Shown: positions 13,480-26,665 of the stretch, piece after piece
How the letters are laid out: every line of letters starts with the position of its first letter
How positions within the stretch are numbered: the first letter of the stretch is position 1
Assembly: GCA_032718475.1 (NCBI GenBank)
Contig: JAUCBJ010009089.1
Coordinates: forward strand, 1 to 64,000
Reading direction: 5' to 3'
Source: Nemertoderma westbladi
Lineage: Eukaryota; Animalia; Xenacoelomorpha
DNA: 64,000 bases
Made by a program: the position numbers and the translations under genes
The notes under the pieces: model-generated
What the model was told of the DNA's origin: nothing
Database searches by the model: none
What the model saw: only the letters and a program-made list of their open reading frames with translations

Positions 13480-14690
13480 CCCTATTAACCCCCTTAACCC
13501 CGGGTGGGGGGGGGGGGGGGGGGGGGGGGATGGGGGTCAATGGATTTCTTGTTATAACTCTTGGTAATCTGAATTAATATGGTTTACCTAAGAATATATT
13601 GTCTCCTAATAGTGAAAACGGTTTTTAAAAGTATTGTGAAGTTTTCGAGTTGTAATACCATTTTTTGAACCCTACTTTTGGCACTTTTTTTTATACGTTT
13701 TTTGAAAATTACATTTCATAAAAGTTGCATACTTTTCATCAGTTCATACAAGTTGCTCCATGGATATCAAACTTGTATTTTTCGGTGCTGTTTGCAAAAT
13801 GTGCCCAGCACATATCGTGCCAGCACGATATTTTGAAAATCCATCAATAGTTCAATTGATTGTGACAACTTATTTCTCGCGTTTTAGAACCCATCAAGTA
13901 TATCAATTGATTGTGTCACTTTGTTTTTTGCGTTATAAGGGTTTGTGAAGGTTCTGAATTCAATGGAATGAGTAAAAATTCGTTAAGAGTTCTCAAACTT
14001 GCATTTTTCGGCGATGCGTGAAAATTTTTGTGCCAGCACCAAATTTTTGATAATATACAAATTGATCAATATATAGTATCAATGTTTCTTGCGTTATAAG
14101 GGTTTATGGTGGTCCTAAATCCGATGAAATCAATAAAAACAGCACTGGACACCCCAAACTTTAACTTTTTGGCCATGGGTACGAAGTTTGGTGCACCAAA
14201 AGTTACCATATTAAGCCGAAAATTACGACGAGCAATGATGTGGAAAAGTAGAACAGTATTCCATTAGAATCAGCGCCCCAGAAAACCTGAAAATGTGAAT
14301 TTATAGCATTGTATAAGTGAATTAAAGATTTTGTGTTCAAACTGAAAAGTGCTGGTTACTGGTTTTTTTCATTTTTTTGCCTTCGTAGCGGACTAAAACT
14401 GCCATTTATAGTAATCAGATCATTTTTAAATATTTTGCAATGAATTCAGTGCCAAAGAAAAACACCTGTATTGAAAGATAATGAGCTGAAAATGGCAAGT
14501 TTGATATTTTTTGAAAATTGTTCACTACTTCAAGTTTTGGTGCTGCAAAATAACCACCACAGTAAATTTTTTTAAAATTTTTTTCGTTTTGATTCAGACT
14601 AGTGAAATATACGTACAAACAAAAAATCAGACTTTTTCGTTAAAATTTGTAGATTTTAGAGGTCTCAGTTAGTTTTCACCTTGCTTATTT
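13480..14690. mobile_element. Non-autonomous piggyBac-like element copy 1
   Basis: Starts TTAA-CCC with a poly-G tract. 13610-14620 is the reverse complement of ~15690-16540. Confidence 0.65.
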
Positions 14691-15265
14691 TCTCTATGAG
14701 GCTGCCATAACACTGGCTGGTTTTAGTGGTTATTCACGGCGAAAGCAATGCCCTGCGAAGCGGAGGCAGGTCTGTTTCAGTCTCAAGCTTGGGAGGGTAT
14801 AGGACATTTTTATCAATTTTACCAATTTTATCCGTTTATGTCCGTTATATTGTCTGGTTGGAGATATGTGTATTGTACTTGACAAAGTGTGCCCGGCTCA
14901 GCATTATTTTATATGTGATATTTGATCATCAGCAGTTAGTGCCTAGCATGGACTCCCATAGGAGTAAGTTATTCTGCTGCTCTAAATAGTCGAACCTAAA
15001 GTTTTCGACGTATTCTATGTGACTTCATAATCCTGGACAACCCATTAAATGCGGCCTTGCATTCCCCTTATGTATTCGAAGGTCTTCATCTGACCTCCGG
15101 ATTCTATGATCCCAGGTAGCAGAAGTCGTCCACATGCTCAATCTAGCCATCCTTTGTGGAGCTTGCGTTCATACGATCAGACATTTCTTGAGGATTGTCG
15201 AAGTTAACTGTCAAAATGTTGGTCTTCTTGGGAGTTAATAAGTAGATCAACTCTAGAAGCAGCAT
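14690..15265 (-). mobile_element. RTE-like LINE 3' fragment (same family as 31034-33522)
   Basis: Reverse complement matches ~32765-33320 (HVDDFCYLGS, LRFAGHC regions), degraded. Confidence 0.8.
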
Positions 15266-15560
15266 CTTCTCATGAGCTGGGTTGCGCTACACACCTTTGT
15301 ATTGAGAATGTTAATATTTATAATATAATCTTATTATCATATATATTATAATAATATGTTTGTTTTTATTTGTTTTGTTTGTGTTTTTTGATGTCTCTAG
15401 TGGCTGAGTGCTATTTTGGGCTTTTATTGTCCGGATTCTATGTTTTTTTGTTAGTTTGTTGGGTGTAAGACTCTAGACTCTAGCTAGTGTTTACCTCTTT
15501 ATGTAATATAAGTATAAAAAGCCTCCGTTCCTCAGTATGTCTTTAATTATCATCATTAAC

Positions 15561-16545
15561 CCTATTAGTACCGGGCTATAAAATGTTGTACAAAGCCCGG
15601 GGGGGGGGGGGGGCTGTCTTATTGACCCCCCCCCCCCCTTTAAAATCTACAAAACGACAATGTCTGATTTTTTGTTTATACGTAGATTTCACTAGTAGGA
15701 CCGAAAAATTTGTTCTCTAAAAATGTACTGGAGTGGTTATTTTGCAGCACCAAAATTTTAAGTAAAGTGAACAATTTTCAAAAAAATTTAAAGTTACAAT
15801 TTTCGGCTAATCGTTTTTCAATATAGGTTTTCTGGGGCGCAGCATCCATTGGAAAATATTTAAAAATAATCTGATTACTATAAATGGCTGTTTTAGTCCT
15901 ATACGTAGGCAGAAAATGAAAAAAACAAGAAAGCAGCACTTTTCAGTTTGAACATAAAATCTTTAATTCACTTATACGATGCTATAAATTCACATTTTCA
16001 GGTTTTCTGGGGCGCTGGTTCTAATGGAATACATTTCTAAGTTGTCAGATCATTGCTACTTGTATATTGCTAATTTTGGTGCTAGCACCAAATGGCGTAC
16101 CGATCACCAAAAGTAAAAGTTTGAGAAGTTAAAAGTTTATTGATTCCATCGGATTCAGGACTCCCAATAACCCGTATAACACTTTAACGTAAGAAACAAG
16201 ATGATACTATCTATTGATCAATTTGCTTATTTTCAAAAATCTTGTGCTGGCACAAAAATTTTCACCCGACGCCGAAAAATACAAGTTTGAGAACTCTTAT
16301 TAAATTTTTACTTATTCCTTTGAATTCAGAACTGTCACAATCCTTTAAAATGCGAGAACAATTTTCACCCAACACCGAAAAATACAAAACCGGTGTAAAT
16401 CAAAAATAGAGATGTTACAAATAATATTTCATGAAATTTAATTTCCAAAAACGTCTCAAAAAAAGTGCCAAAAGTAGGGTTAAAAAAAGTGCTATAACTT
16501 GAAAACTTCGCAATATTTTTGAAAACCGTTTTCACGATGGTCTTA
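15561..16545. mobile_element. Non-autonomous piggyBac-like element copy 2 (opposite orientation)
   Basis: Starts TTAA-CCCTATTAGTACCGGG with poly-G/poly-C tracts. Inverted homology to 13.6-14.6 kb. Confidence 0.65.
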
Positions 16546-17369
16546 AATTGCAATTGGCCGTAGGCATGGCAGCCTCTTCTTGGTTACTTATACATTTTTT
16601 TTTATCAAGTTTGTCACTTTTGCACAAATTCACCTTTTCATGTCGTTAAGCCACTCCCACTATTTCCATACAGCCACTCCCGCTACCTACATTGATAACT
16701 TATCTATTTTCTAGTTAAAGATATATTCTTTCTTTGTAGCCTGATGAAACCCGGTTGTCTCTATTATACCAAACGCTCTCATCGGATTATTACAAGTCGT
16801 TTCTGCATATGTGGAATGATAATTAGTAATTAAATATTTCTAATTTACAGCAAAAATAATATTAATATCTGCCAATAATGATTCTAATGGAATACATTTC
16901 TAAGTTGTCAGATCATTGCTACTTGTACATTGCTAATTTTGGTGCTAGCACCAAAATTATTTAACTTGTTTTAGAGTGTGATCCTCGAAATCATATGTCG
17001 CTTTTTGTTTCGTTTGTGATCGTTATGTTAGAATGTTTCAACATTGGGAATGTTATATACAATACAACAATATTTATTTATAATAAATTATAATTAATGA
17101 CATTTGGTAATTTACATTTACACAGTTAAATTTATCAATTTCCATTATACACCTTGTCAATGAACCGTCAAAATTAATATAACAATTAACTGAAATATAA
17201 AGTATAGTCCTAGAATATTAATTATTTCAGTTTATTATAAATTAATACAATTATTATATACTGTTATATAACAATATATAATATAACATTATATAATGTT
17301 ATATACAATTGGCAATTTCACTTGCCTTCAATGATGTTGCCAAGATGATTATTTATTACATGGGAAAAT

Positions 17370-18494
17370 TACGGTGGTGATTTGTCGCCAATTAATTTTT
17401 TTTGGGATTTAAAATAGTGTTCTTGAAATTAATCTATTCGAAAATAACATTAATATGTTTTAGCATCGGAAAAATGAATTAATATGTTTTAGTGTTACTA
17501 AAAATAGATCTCATTGCTCATTGGTTTCATCCCTTACTAAATTGTTGTGAGTTTCTGTACCTACATAACCTACCACTTAGGAGAATAATTCAATTATTTC
17601 AGTGTTCTTCTCTTGTCCCATTCAATGATTGTTCTATACTGGGGGAGGCAGACGACCAGTAACTTCCATTAGTTATTCAGTATTAATGAAAGTATTTGTG
17701 ATGGTCACAAGGACGTAAGTCGCAAAACTTTTATTGTTCCATTGGCTTTTATTGCGCCCTCTGGAGGCGCCTCTGGGGCGCATCTCTGCCTTGCATCCTT
17801 AAGTGGTAGCTAAATGAGTACTGGAGTTTCCTCTGGGGAGTAAAGTTCTGGGAGGACCGCACTGGAAATAAGTCGTCAGACTTTGTGCGTAATCCCTGGC
17901 CTCGCGGCCAAAGAAAATTTACTTTTTACATTAGATAGAGAATTTTCTCATCTTTCTTTTTGGCATATAGAATATAGGGGCTTTGGTAATACAAAGCTTT
18001 AAAAATTACTAAGCTATCTGGATATAAAACGAAATTTCAGTCACACAGTAGAAAGGGGCTTAAGTCGCACTTGGTGGGAAATCATACCATTAGGTCTTTA
18101 GGTCATTAGGATTGACAATTTGACATACGAAAGCCGACTTTGCGACTTACGTCCTTGTGACTATCACAAATACTTTCATTAATACTGAATAACTAATGGA
18201 AATTTCTGGTCGTCTGCCTCCCCCAGTATAGAACAATCATCGAATGGGACAAGACAAGAACACTGAAATAATTGAATTATTGTCCTAAGTGGTAGGTTAT
18301 GTAGGTACAGAAACTCACAGCAATTTAGTAAGGGATGAAACCAATGAGCAATGAGATCTATTTTTAGTAACACTTAAACATATTAATTCATTTTTCCGAT
18401 GCTAAAACATATTAATTTTATTTTCGAATGGATTAATTTCAATAAAACAATTTTACATCACAAAAAAAAATAAATGGCCACAAACACCACCGTA
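17370..18494. mobile_element. Non-autonomous element with ~355-bp terminal inverted repeats and TACGG...CCGTA ends (IS3EU-like, or Tc1/mariner-like with TA TSD)
   Basis: 17370-17726 is inverted at 18139-18494. Flanks are GAAAAT and GAAAAA (5/6 match). Confidence 0.8.
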
Positions 18495-19139
18495 GAAAAA
18501 GGTAGAACTTTTTTCACTATTCTCGAGGAATTTTATTTAAAGATCGCCAGAAAGGCTTGAGATAATATTGAAAACGAAATGTTGTAAGTTTTTTTTCCCA
18601 AGGAAAAAGTAATTAATTATATTCTTTTAAATTGGTACTTTTTGTTGCTTAATTCTTTAATAAAAAATAGAGCGATATTGTGTTACAAAATAATGTGGAC
18701 TGCAGTAATATACTATAAAGCTTCCATATTTACTGTGATTCAAATTATTGTACTACTCTTCAACTCACGATGAATGAAGCCTTACTCAATGTTAAATAAT
18801 TTAGTGTTCTCGAATATTTATTATGTAACTAGAGAGCCGCTTAACAACGTCGTAAACCAATATTGGATACTGAGTTCCGTTTTGGAGTACGCCTTGCTCT
18901 TGCAGACACTAAAGCAAAATAACTCAAAATAACTTTGAGTGTTGCAAATTCATATTTAATTATTTTCTGAGGGATTTATAAGAGTACTGGAGTAGGTTGT
19001 AGTTTCGGTACCGGTACTGTATACTGTTATACTGCTGTATGTATATGTTGAACTTTTTAATGATTGATTTTTATCTTCCATTACTGCATTACTTTCGCAA
19101 TATTCGTAAGTTCACAAAACCTGCTGCAACTATACGATG

Positions 19140-19960
19140 ACCTGCAAAGAATGTCGAGAACGCTACAATAACTACAGGGTTTAAACGAAACACAATTACG
19201 ACAGATCAACAATGATAATTTAATGAAAGCAATTATTGAGGGAAAATTGAGGGCAACAGACAGACATGGCGATGGCGAAATCCTCCACACTTATGACTAA
19301 TGACGATGACAACAACTCACTGCTCAAGAACATTGAGATTCTTCTTAATGTTAAGTTTAACAATAAACTCAGCGATAAAATCGACAAATAACTCGAAGGA
19401 GTACAAAATCACAGAAAAACATAACGAATTATCGGGCAAGATCGAAACTGTTGCTAACAAACAGGACAAAGATATTGAACGCAACTATCTGCAACGATAT
19501 CCGAGTCACCCGGGACATCCTCACAACTCAGCAAACGTCCGTCGAAGGAATCTCGAGGGATCATCGCGCCAACATCCTCATCTTCAGAGGATTACCTGAA
19601 TATGGAGACTATGGCTCACTGTTAACACAGTGACTGTAACCGAGGTAGAGGGCAAGGTAAACTTAGTACTATGGACAATCGGGACAACTGTGAAACTGAA
19701 GGTTTGATCTACACTAGGAAAGAGTCCAGTCAATGGACGGAACCGTCCTACTTTGGTTAATTGGTTAAGTTAGACTCTAGAATAAATGAAGAGTTAGATA
19801 GATCTTCATGACATAACGACCCACCTCTGACAGCTAAGGAGAGCACAGAAGGCCGAGGGAGAAACTCAAAACTATCAAAACAACAAGCAACGCACGCGTT
19901 TCTTCTGCTGGTAAACTCTATGTCAATGGAGAAATGGTAGACGAATTAACATTAAAACTC
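19140..19960 (+). pseudogene. Decayed ORF1 of a CR1/L2-like LINE
   Basis: A coiled-coil-like stretch followed by RANILIFRGLPE and ...LGKSPVNGRNRP, typical of ORF1 RRM regions. Many frameshifts. Confidence 0.55.
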
Positions 19961-21299
19961 AGGGTTTTTAAAGATCTTTTTTTAAAATATCGCTACAGGT
20001 GTTCTAGATATTAAGAAATAGGTCAAACTCGAACCTATCAAAGCTTCAAGTCATTATAAATATCAGGGGTTCGGTTACAACCCTCATTGTATCTGCCACA
20101 TTATCATTCTGTCTGTCACATAGATGGTGATCAACACTTATGACAGCTATTCTTTACATTTTATTTTTAATAAACTCATACATTTTATTAGATTATTACA
20201 TTATAGCTATAACTAACCATTAATTTATTGTACATTAGTATTAGTTTAGTAATTAATATATTTATTATTTATTTACATAGGTATAGACACAATTACGTGT
20301 TTTAGTGCTTATTTTGCTTATTTTAGTATATTATTATAATAAAATAATTAAATATTTTTACTGCATGATATATATATATATATATATAACATATTGCGTA
20401 GCGTGTTTTAAACTGATAATTTTATGCTTCATTTTATGTTCTAGTGCTTGGTGTGCTTCTTATTGATATAATCAACCTGTACTTTTGATTTGTCAATAAA
20501 GTAATAATAATAATTTATATGGATTTTGCTAAAATTACTTGCAAACCTTTTCTACTTCGATGACCTTTCAAAACATGTGTTTTGTAAAAAAGTACAATCC
20601 ATGGAATCTTTTAGGTTAGTTTTCCTAGGGAACTAAAAATACTCCTTTTTCTCCCAATTTTGTGGTATATTTGATTGAAAGAGTACCAATTTATAACTAA
20701 AATAAATTTCCAAGAATATTCTCAGCTAAGAAGTTTAATATTGCGGGTTAGTCACCATAAAATAAAAACATCAATGATGATTTTTGGTACATACCTAAAC
20801 ATACAATCCATTTGGTAATCATTAGCACCTGTTTTTAAGTTCTTGCAATTAAATGATAAGAGTTTTCTCCATTTGAGTTATATATATATATTGTTTGGTG
20901 CCTACCCTTCTTAAATAATTAATAGATGTTCACCATAATTTTGTTAGCAAGTGCCAACCAGTTTCTATGCAGTGGATCTTGGGTAACGAAATGTAGAGGT
21001 AGATAAAACTGGGCGAATCGATTATAATTTATTCTTCTATGATTATAAATAAATTGTTCAATAAACCCAATATACATTTCATACATTTCTTTACATTCTG
21101 TTCAGAGAATTTAAATAGTTTTAAGTAAACATTATATGTTTAATTAACATTAAGCGTTTTAGCATATTGAAAATTATATATTTCTTCACATCTCAATGAA
21201 AAATATCAATTTGTTACTTCTGTTATATAGTCCTACAGTATATAGCAGAAGTTGATTGCATGCGCTATACACCCTGCCCCCCCCCCCCCCCCCCCCCCC

Positions 21300-22490
21300 T
21301 AATTTTTTACGAATCTTAATTAGATTGCAGGAAGTCACCAGGTCATGTATGCTGGGATATTGATTCAGAAAACTTGTCCCCTCCATCCAGTATAGAGGCG
21401 GTGGCTGCATAGATCATCTTATTAAGGGCAAAATCTGATCCTGTAACAATGATTAACAATGAGCCCCTTCGTTCTGAGATAGTTAATAAACCCTTGGTCC
21501 TGGGTTAGGGACAGTGTACAAGGCATGGCCCAGCAGATTAGCTGCATTGCAAATGTTTAGTCATGGGCTTCAGAGTAGGTATGGGGGATCTACCCCATAT
21601 CTGACTCAACTGCAACACCCGCCCTGTGTAATGGCAAACCAGGGTGTGGTATGTGCCCCGAGAGTTGACTCGTCAAAAAAGAAGGTATGGCCACTCGAGG
21701 GCAGTGGCATTACCGGATACAATTAGCCTCACAGGCGTCAGTTTTCTCCTGACACCCCACAGAAGAGAGAGTGAGAGAGTGGCAAATAATTCTATGAGTC
21801 CCTTTAGTGATGACATTTCTGACCCAAACCCTGGGTCACAAGGGAGGCCAGATTGCGAGGGGGGAGATTGATGCTGGAGTTGGAGTCTACTCTCATGTCC
21901 ACCCCGACCAACTAAACCATTGGTGAACCTGAAGTAAGTCACTAGACTAGCCTTAGGTAATACCCTAACACTCGGGTGGACAATGTCACAATGACTGACT
22001 GCCATTGGCAGATAAGCTTTCTCTTAGAGCAGTTGAGTATTCAAGAACACCAAATGCAGACTGGACAGACTGATGCGGTTCTGATTAAGGTCATGGGGGC
22101 GGTGGGCAACTTGCCCTCGCTTCAGCAGATGATAGTGGCAATGGAGGAGTAGGTCTATTGATAAATCCAATGGCACATGCAGGATTGGACAAAAGATACA
22201 TACTAGAAGGAGCTCAACTGTTCCTCAGCTCATTAGAACAGGCAGCTTCTAGTGTGGGTAATTTTATTAACTCCATAACGACCTCAATTTTGAAAGTTAT
22301 AACTTTGAAAGTCCTCAGTAAATATCTGATCGTATGAGCATAAGTTCAAAGGATGGTGTGCTTGAGCATGTTGGCGACTTCTGTTACCTGGGATCATGGA
22401 TCCGGAAGTCAGGTGGAAGACCTTCGAATATGTAAGGGAAACGCTGGGCAGCATTCAATGGGCTTTCCAGGATTTGGAAGTCACACAGAA
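21300..22490 (+). mobile_element. Internally deleted RTE-like LINE copy retaining 5' sequence
   Basis: 21960-22195 matches 31040-31280, then the match jumps to the late RT region (22225-22490 matches 32745-33015). The left boundary is approximate. Confidence 0.8.
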
Positions 22491-24040
22491 TACATATTGC
22501 ATGGTGGTAATATTGCATAGTGGTGGCAAAATATTTTTGTTAAGCCAGCATATCATCTCAAACTGCAGATCTAAAGCAGCAGGCTGATTATAGATTGATG
22601 ACCTTTGAAATTGAGATAGTTTCACCTCCCCTCTCTGCAGTGGATGTCAATTTTACCCAAAATCAATTTTACTTAAAATTATGGAAAAATATTGGAAGTC
22701 TCAAGTTAAGTTACCTTAAGATATGGTTCTGTTACAATTGACTTTATACTACTGCGCGTACACAGACCTTATCTGAAATTAGGCAGTGTTAGTCCTCGAT
22801 AGTACAGTACACCATTACAATCTAATTTTTGTATAATAGTACAGTACAATATTTATACCAATATTTTCTAAATAAATGTTGGATTCTCGTTTTTGACAAG
22901 CAATGTTGGCCATCCATCGCATGGTATTTCAGAGATATCTGAAAAAAGTATTGATATAAATTCGGATTTTGAAGATAATTTCTTGAGTTTTTCAATTTGA
23001 CGTGTGTCCTATATGACCAAGTTGAGGCCATAAACTAATATCTGATTGGCTAGTTGGATTAGAGGTAAAAAAAGGATTACTTCATCTCAGTATTCTCATC
23101 ATGACTTATGAGAATATATGTGTCTTAATATTTATGTTACTCATCTTCATTGACAAAGTACTTTTGCAAACACCAGCACCAGGTGCGTTTAAAAGAGGGG
23201 ATTGTATTCTTAAATATTTAATTGTAATTATAAGGGTTTCTTAATTCGCCATCGAAAACATTTTATTTAACCTTGAAGCCAATTGTGCAAATTAGAGGCA
23301 TCAATTGAGAACCTGTAAAAAACGACAGGTAATTAATTGGCTGCAATTTTTGTATGCTTCTTCAATAATCTGTACATGTCAAAAACGCGCATGTTCAATA
23401 CTTGAGACTAACACAGTTAGCTGAATCGAGATACTAACTCATTTGTTTGGGTGCGGTTTCTCTTTATAATGAGAGCATCCATATTTCTGATGGTGTATGA
23501 TTTACATTCAATCTGGAAGCAGAAGCCTTTGGATCACCATTGTCTTACAGATTTGAGTTGGTGACGACTTTGATGTTCTGTTAGTTGTCTGTCTGTAACT
23601 TTATTGTTCATCTGAGAAGAAGCTGCCTCCAATATTAGTCATTTTGTATGTAACAATAAGTTTAAACTTCTGACAGTAAAATAATATAGATTCTGACCAG
23701 CATTATATAAATGGATAGTAATAACATTACTCAAAGGCTTCAAGAACATACTATTTTTTCAGGACATTGCACTTTGAATCTACTAGTTTTTTTTTTTGAA
23801 GGCTTATTTTTTCATGATTTTGGTATATTTTAATACTATATGTATAGGGAATCTGTAGGTTTAGGGTATCTGGTAACTTATAGGTAGGTTATTTGCGTGC
23901 TTTGGGGGCCAATTATCTCTATGAGGGCCGCCACACAAGTTTTAAAATCTATACCATTGACAGATCCTGTCATTTATTTGTTTTATAAATTCTAAATATT
24001 CCATTGCTATTAAATAATAATTATCATTCCACATACACAG

Positions 24041-24157
24041 AAACGACTTGTAATGGTCCGATGAGCAATTGGTATAATAGAGACAGCCCGGGTGCGTCAG
24101 GCGACTATGAACTTCTATCTATTCTACTAGAAGATACAACTTCTGCATCTTATCAAT
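24041..24157 (+). CDS. Coding exon C, N-terminal half of a mucin WxxW/CysD domain (TTCNGPMSNWYNRDSPGASGDYELLSILLEDTTSASYQ)
   Basis: Acceptor cacAG at 24039-40 and donor GTAAGT at 24158. 117 bp, phase 1-1. Carries the WYNRDxP..GDYE signature. Confidence 0.8.
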
Positions 24158-24249
24158 GTAAGTAGTATAAAGATGCAGTAATTCAAAAAATTTAATTAAT
24201 TAATTAATTTTATGCCAATATTTTTATTCCTTTACAGTAGAAGGTATGA

Positions 24250-24800
24250 GAAAGTAAAAGTATAAAATTAACACAACTTGCTCAAAGAGGGCGATCTCCC
24301 ATCATTAAATCCGTTGTTAGATTTAGCCTGGCAGGAAGGCATTACTGTCTGGAATGGTAATTAACTACAATTATTATCCACAATTTTTTCTCAACCGTGA
24401 ATGTATGGCTTAAGATATAATAAATTTCACCTGCATTTCACCTCTATGGATGGAGTCGAATGCTTTCTTGAAGTCCTCAAATATTAGGACTGTAGGGAGA
24501 TTATTTGATTTAATTTCATCTATTTGGACAAATCCGTTTTGGCTCTTGCGCAGCAGTATCTCTATGTGAGGCGAATTCTAGATAGAATCATTTTGTTGTA
24601 TATCCTGGCAGCTACAGCAAGCAGACAGATCCCACGATAGTTTGTTGGTATATCAAAGTCTCATTTCTTGGAGAGTTTTGTTGACTTTTAGTCCAAATTG
24701 GTGGTGGCTTTTCCCCTTTCAGCATCAGGTTGCAAACATCCAATAATGGTATGTTTAGCACTCCCATTTTCCATTCCTCTGCAAGGATTTCATCTAATCA
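24250..24800 (-). pseudogene. RTE-like reverse transcriptase fragment
   Basis: Minus strand reads PTNYRGICLLAVAARIYNKMILSRIR...LLRKSQNGF. Confidence 0.75.
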
Positions 24801-24838
24801 ACTCGATTTATGATTGGACATGCTTTTAATGCTTCTTT

Positions 24839-24915
24839 GTGGGGCGAGCCACGAAGTTGGCGGAGCCTTAGCGAATTGACACTGTTAGGGGGTGGGTCAA
24901 TTTATGCAAATAGTT

Positions 24916-24957
<42 letters not shown>

Positions 24958-25334
24958 GTCGTTACGATTTTGACATGCTAATAACTTTGTCGGATTTAAA
25001 GCTGCCAAGTTGAAAATTTGTAGGTATCAATATGAGCAAAAGTTGAGATTTTTGAGAGACTTTCAGACACCATCAGTGCAATGGTCTCCCGCTAGAGGGC
25101 CACATGTCTAAACATTAAATGCCCTCCCATTTCTTTGCTTTTAATCCGTTTAAGCTGAAACTTGGCAGATATGTATTAGACCATTAGCTGTGACTTTCAA
25201 AGGAGGCGAATCCATCTGCAGTTCTCCAGTCTGCCGCTAGAGGGCCAACGTGACTATTTGCATAAATTGACCTACCCCCTAACAGTGTCAATTCGCTAAG
25301 GCTCTGCCAACTTCGTGCTGCGCGAAGTCCCCAC
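24839..25334. mobile_element. Non-autonomous Helentron/DINE-1-like element or MITE with ~75-bp inverted ends and a (GTC)n microsatellite
   Basis: 24839-24913 is inverted at 25255-25334. (TCG)n at 24917-24961. TTCTT on both flanks. Confidence 0.7.
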
Positions 25335-25369
25335 TTCTTGTATGACATACATTTAGTATTAATATTCAA

Positions 25370-25735
25370 TGTTTTTTTTCTCAGTGTATTTATTTTCTCA
25401 ATGTATTTATTTTCTCAATATTTGATTGGTCATGCTTTTTTCTCAACATCTGATTGGTAAAATCTAAAATAATTTTTTTCTCAATGTTTTTTTTCTCAAT
25501 ATATTATTTTATTTTCTCAATGTTTTTTTTCTCAATGTATTTAATTTCTCAATGTTTTTTTCTCAATATCTGATTGGTCAAACCGTGTATTTATTTTCGC
25601 AATGTTTTTTTTCTCTATATCTGATTGGCCAGCCTTGCCTTTTTTTGCTTAATATCTGATTGGATAAACCGTGAATTTTTTTCTCAATATCTGATTGGAT
25701 AAACCGTGAAATTTTTTCTCAATATCTGATCGCAC
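25370..25735. repeat. Degenerate T-rich tandem repeat (TTTTCTCAATATCTGATTGG core)
   Basis: Recurrent TTTTCTCAAT and CTGATTGG motifs. Confidence 0.8.
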
Positions 25736-25929
25736 CTCCAGCTGTCTGCCACTACAGCAATACATTTGGTTCTTCTGCAATCCCTGCCTATTGAACCGGT
25801 AAGCTAGGCCAATGCCATAAGGGTACAGAGACAGGAAAGCTAACTAGCTTGCACGCTTTTATGATTTCCGAACTCGATGTTATGGAGGAGTGCACGGATT
25901 CAATTATTTACGGCCCTTCAAACACTAAT

Positions 25930-26408
25930 AAAATTGAAAGGTAGTGGAAGGAGTTACACCAGCGTATGGAAGTTTACTTTAAGGGCCAATTACGAGAAGT
26001 TATAGAATGGCATAAGTACATTCCAAACAACAAGGAACACCGCCAGCTCCTAGCTTATATCTATATTCCTATTATTCAACGTGAATGTGATATCTTTGCG
26101 AATAACTGGAACTCACACCGCATTCGTTCGCAAAACATTGATTTACCTACCGGGGTTCCAAATGTAATGTTTGACTTTCCACAGAACTACAACGGGCACA
26201 ACTATGGAGTTGGCGTTGAGCGGGACTGTTTAGATCACACATATGAGTGCGCCGGGCTGAATGGCTTAGATCACAACGATTTCATGAATGAACTAATATG
26301 CGTGCACAGTGTGAGGAACTGGTTCCCAATCCAGGGTTAAACATCGCAAGTTCTGAAGCAAAAGCTGCTTACCTGTATTTACAAGGTAGATACCAACTAC
26401 CAGGCTAA
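25930..26408 (+). pseudogene. C-terminal part of an integrase-core (IS3EU-type) transposase
   Basis: NKIER*WKELH, LLAYIYIPIIQRECDIF...WNSHRIRSQ...LPTGVP...MF. Has a stop and a frameshift; the 5' part is missing. Confidence 0.75.
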
Positions 26409-26665
26409 CAATTGAAAAACTAAATTTCAAAACTAATTCGTACAAAAACAAGATGAATTTTATATTTCAATCAAAGGTTTCAATTATATTTCAAAACACA
26501 CAGCTATTAAAATTTAGCACAAATTCAAACATGCTGTATACAATTATTAATTAAACTGACCCACATAATGTGGTATACAAAACAAAACTGTAGTATACAA
26601 TTATTAATTAAACCAAACCACATAATGTGGTATACAAAACAAATGATCTGTGACCTAGAAATAGT

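Noticed and set aside
16738-16760. CTGATGA hammerhead half-site
   Set aside because: No downstream GAAA core.
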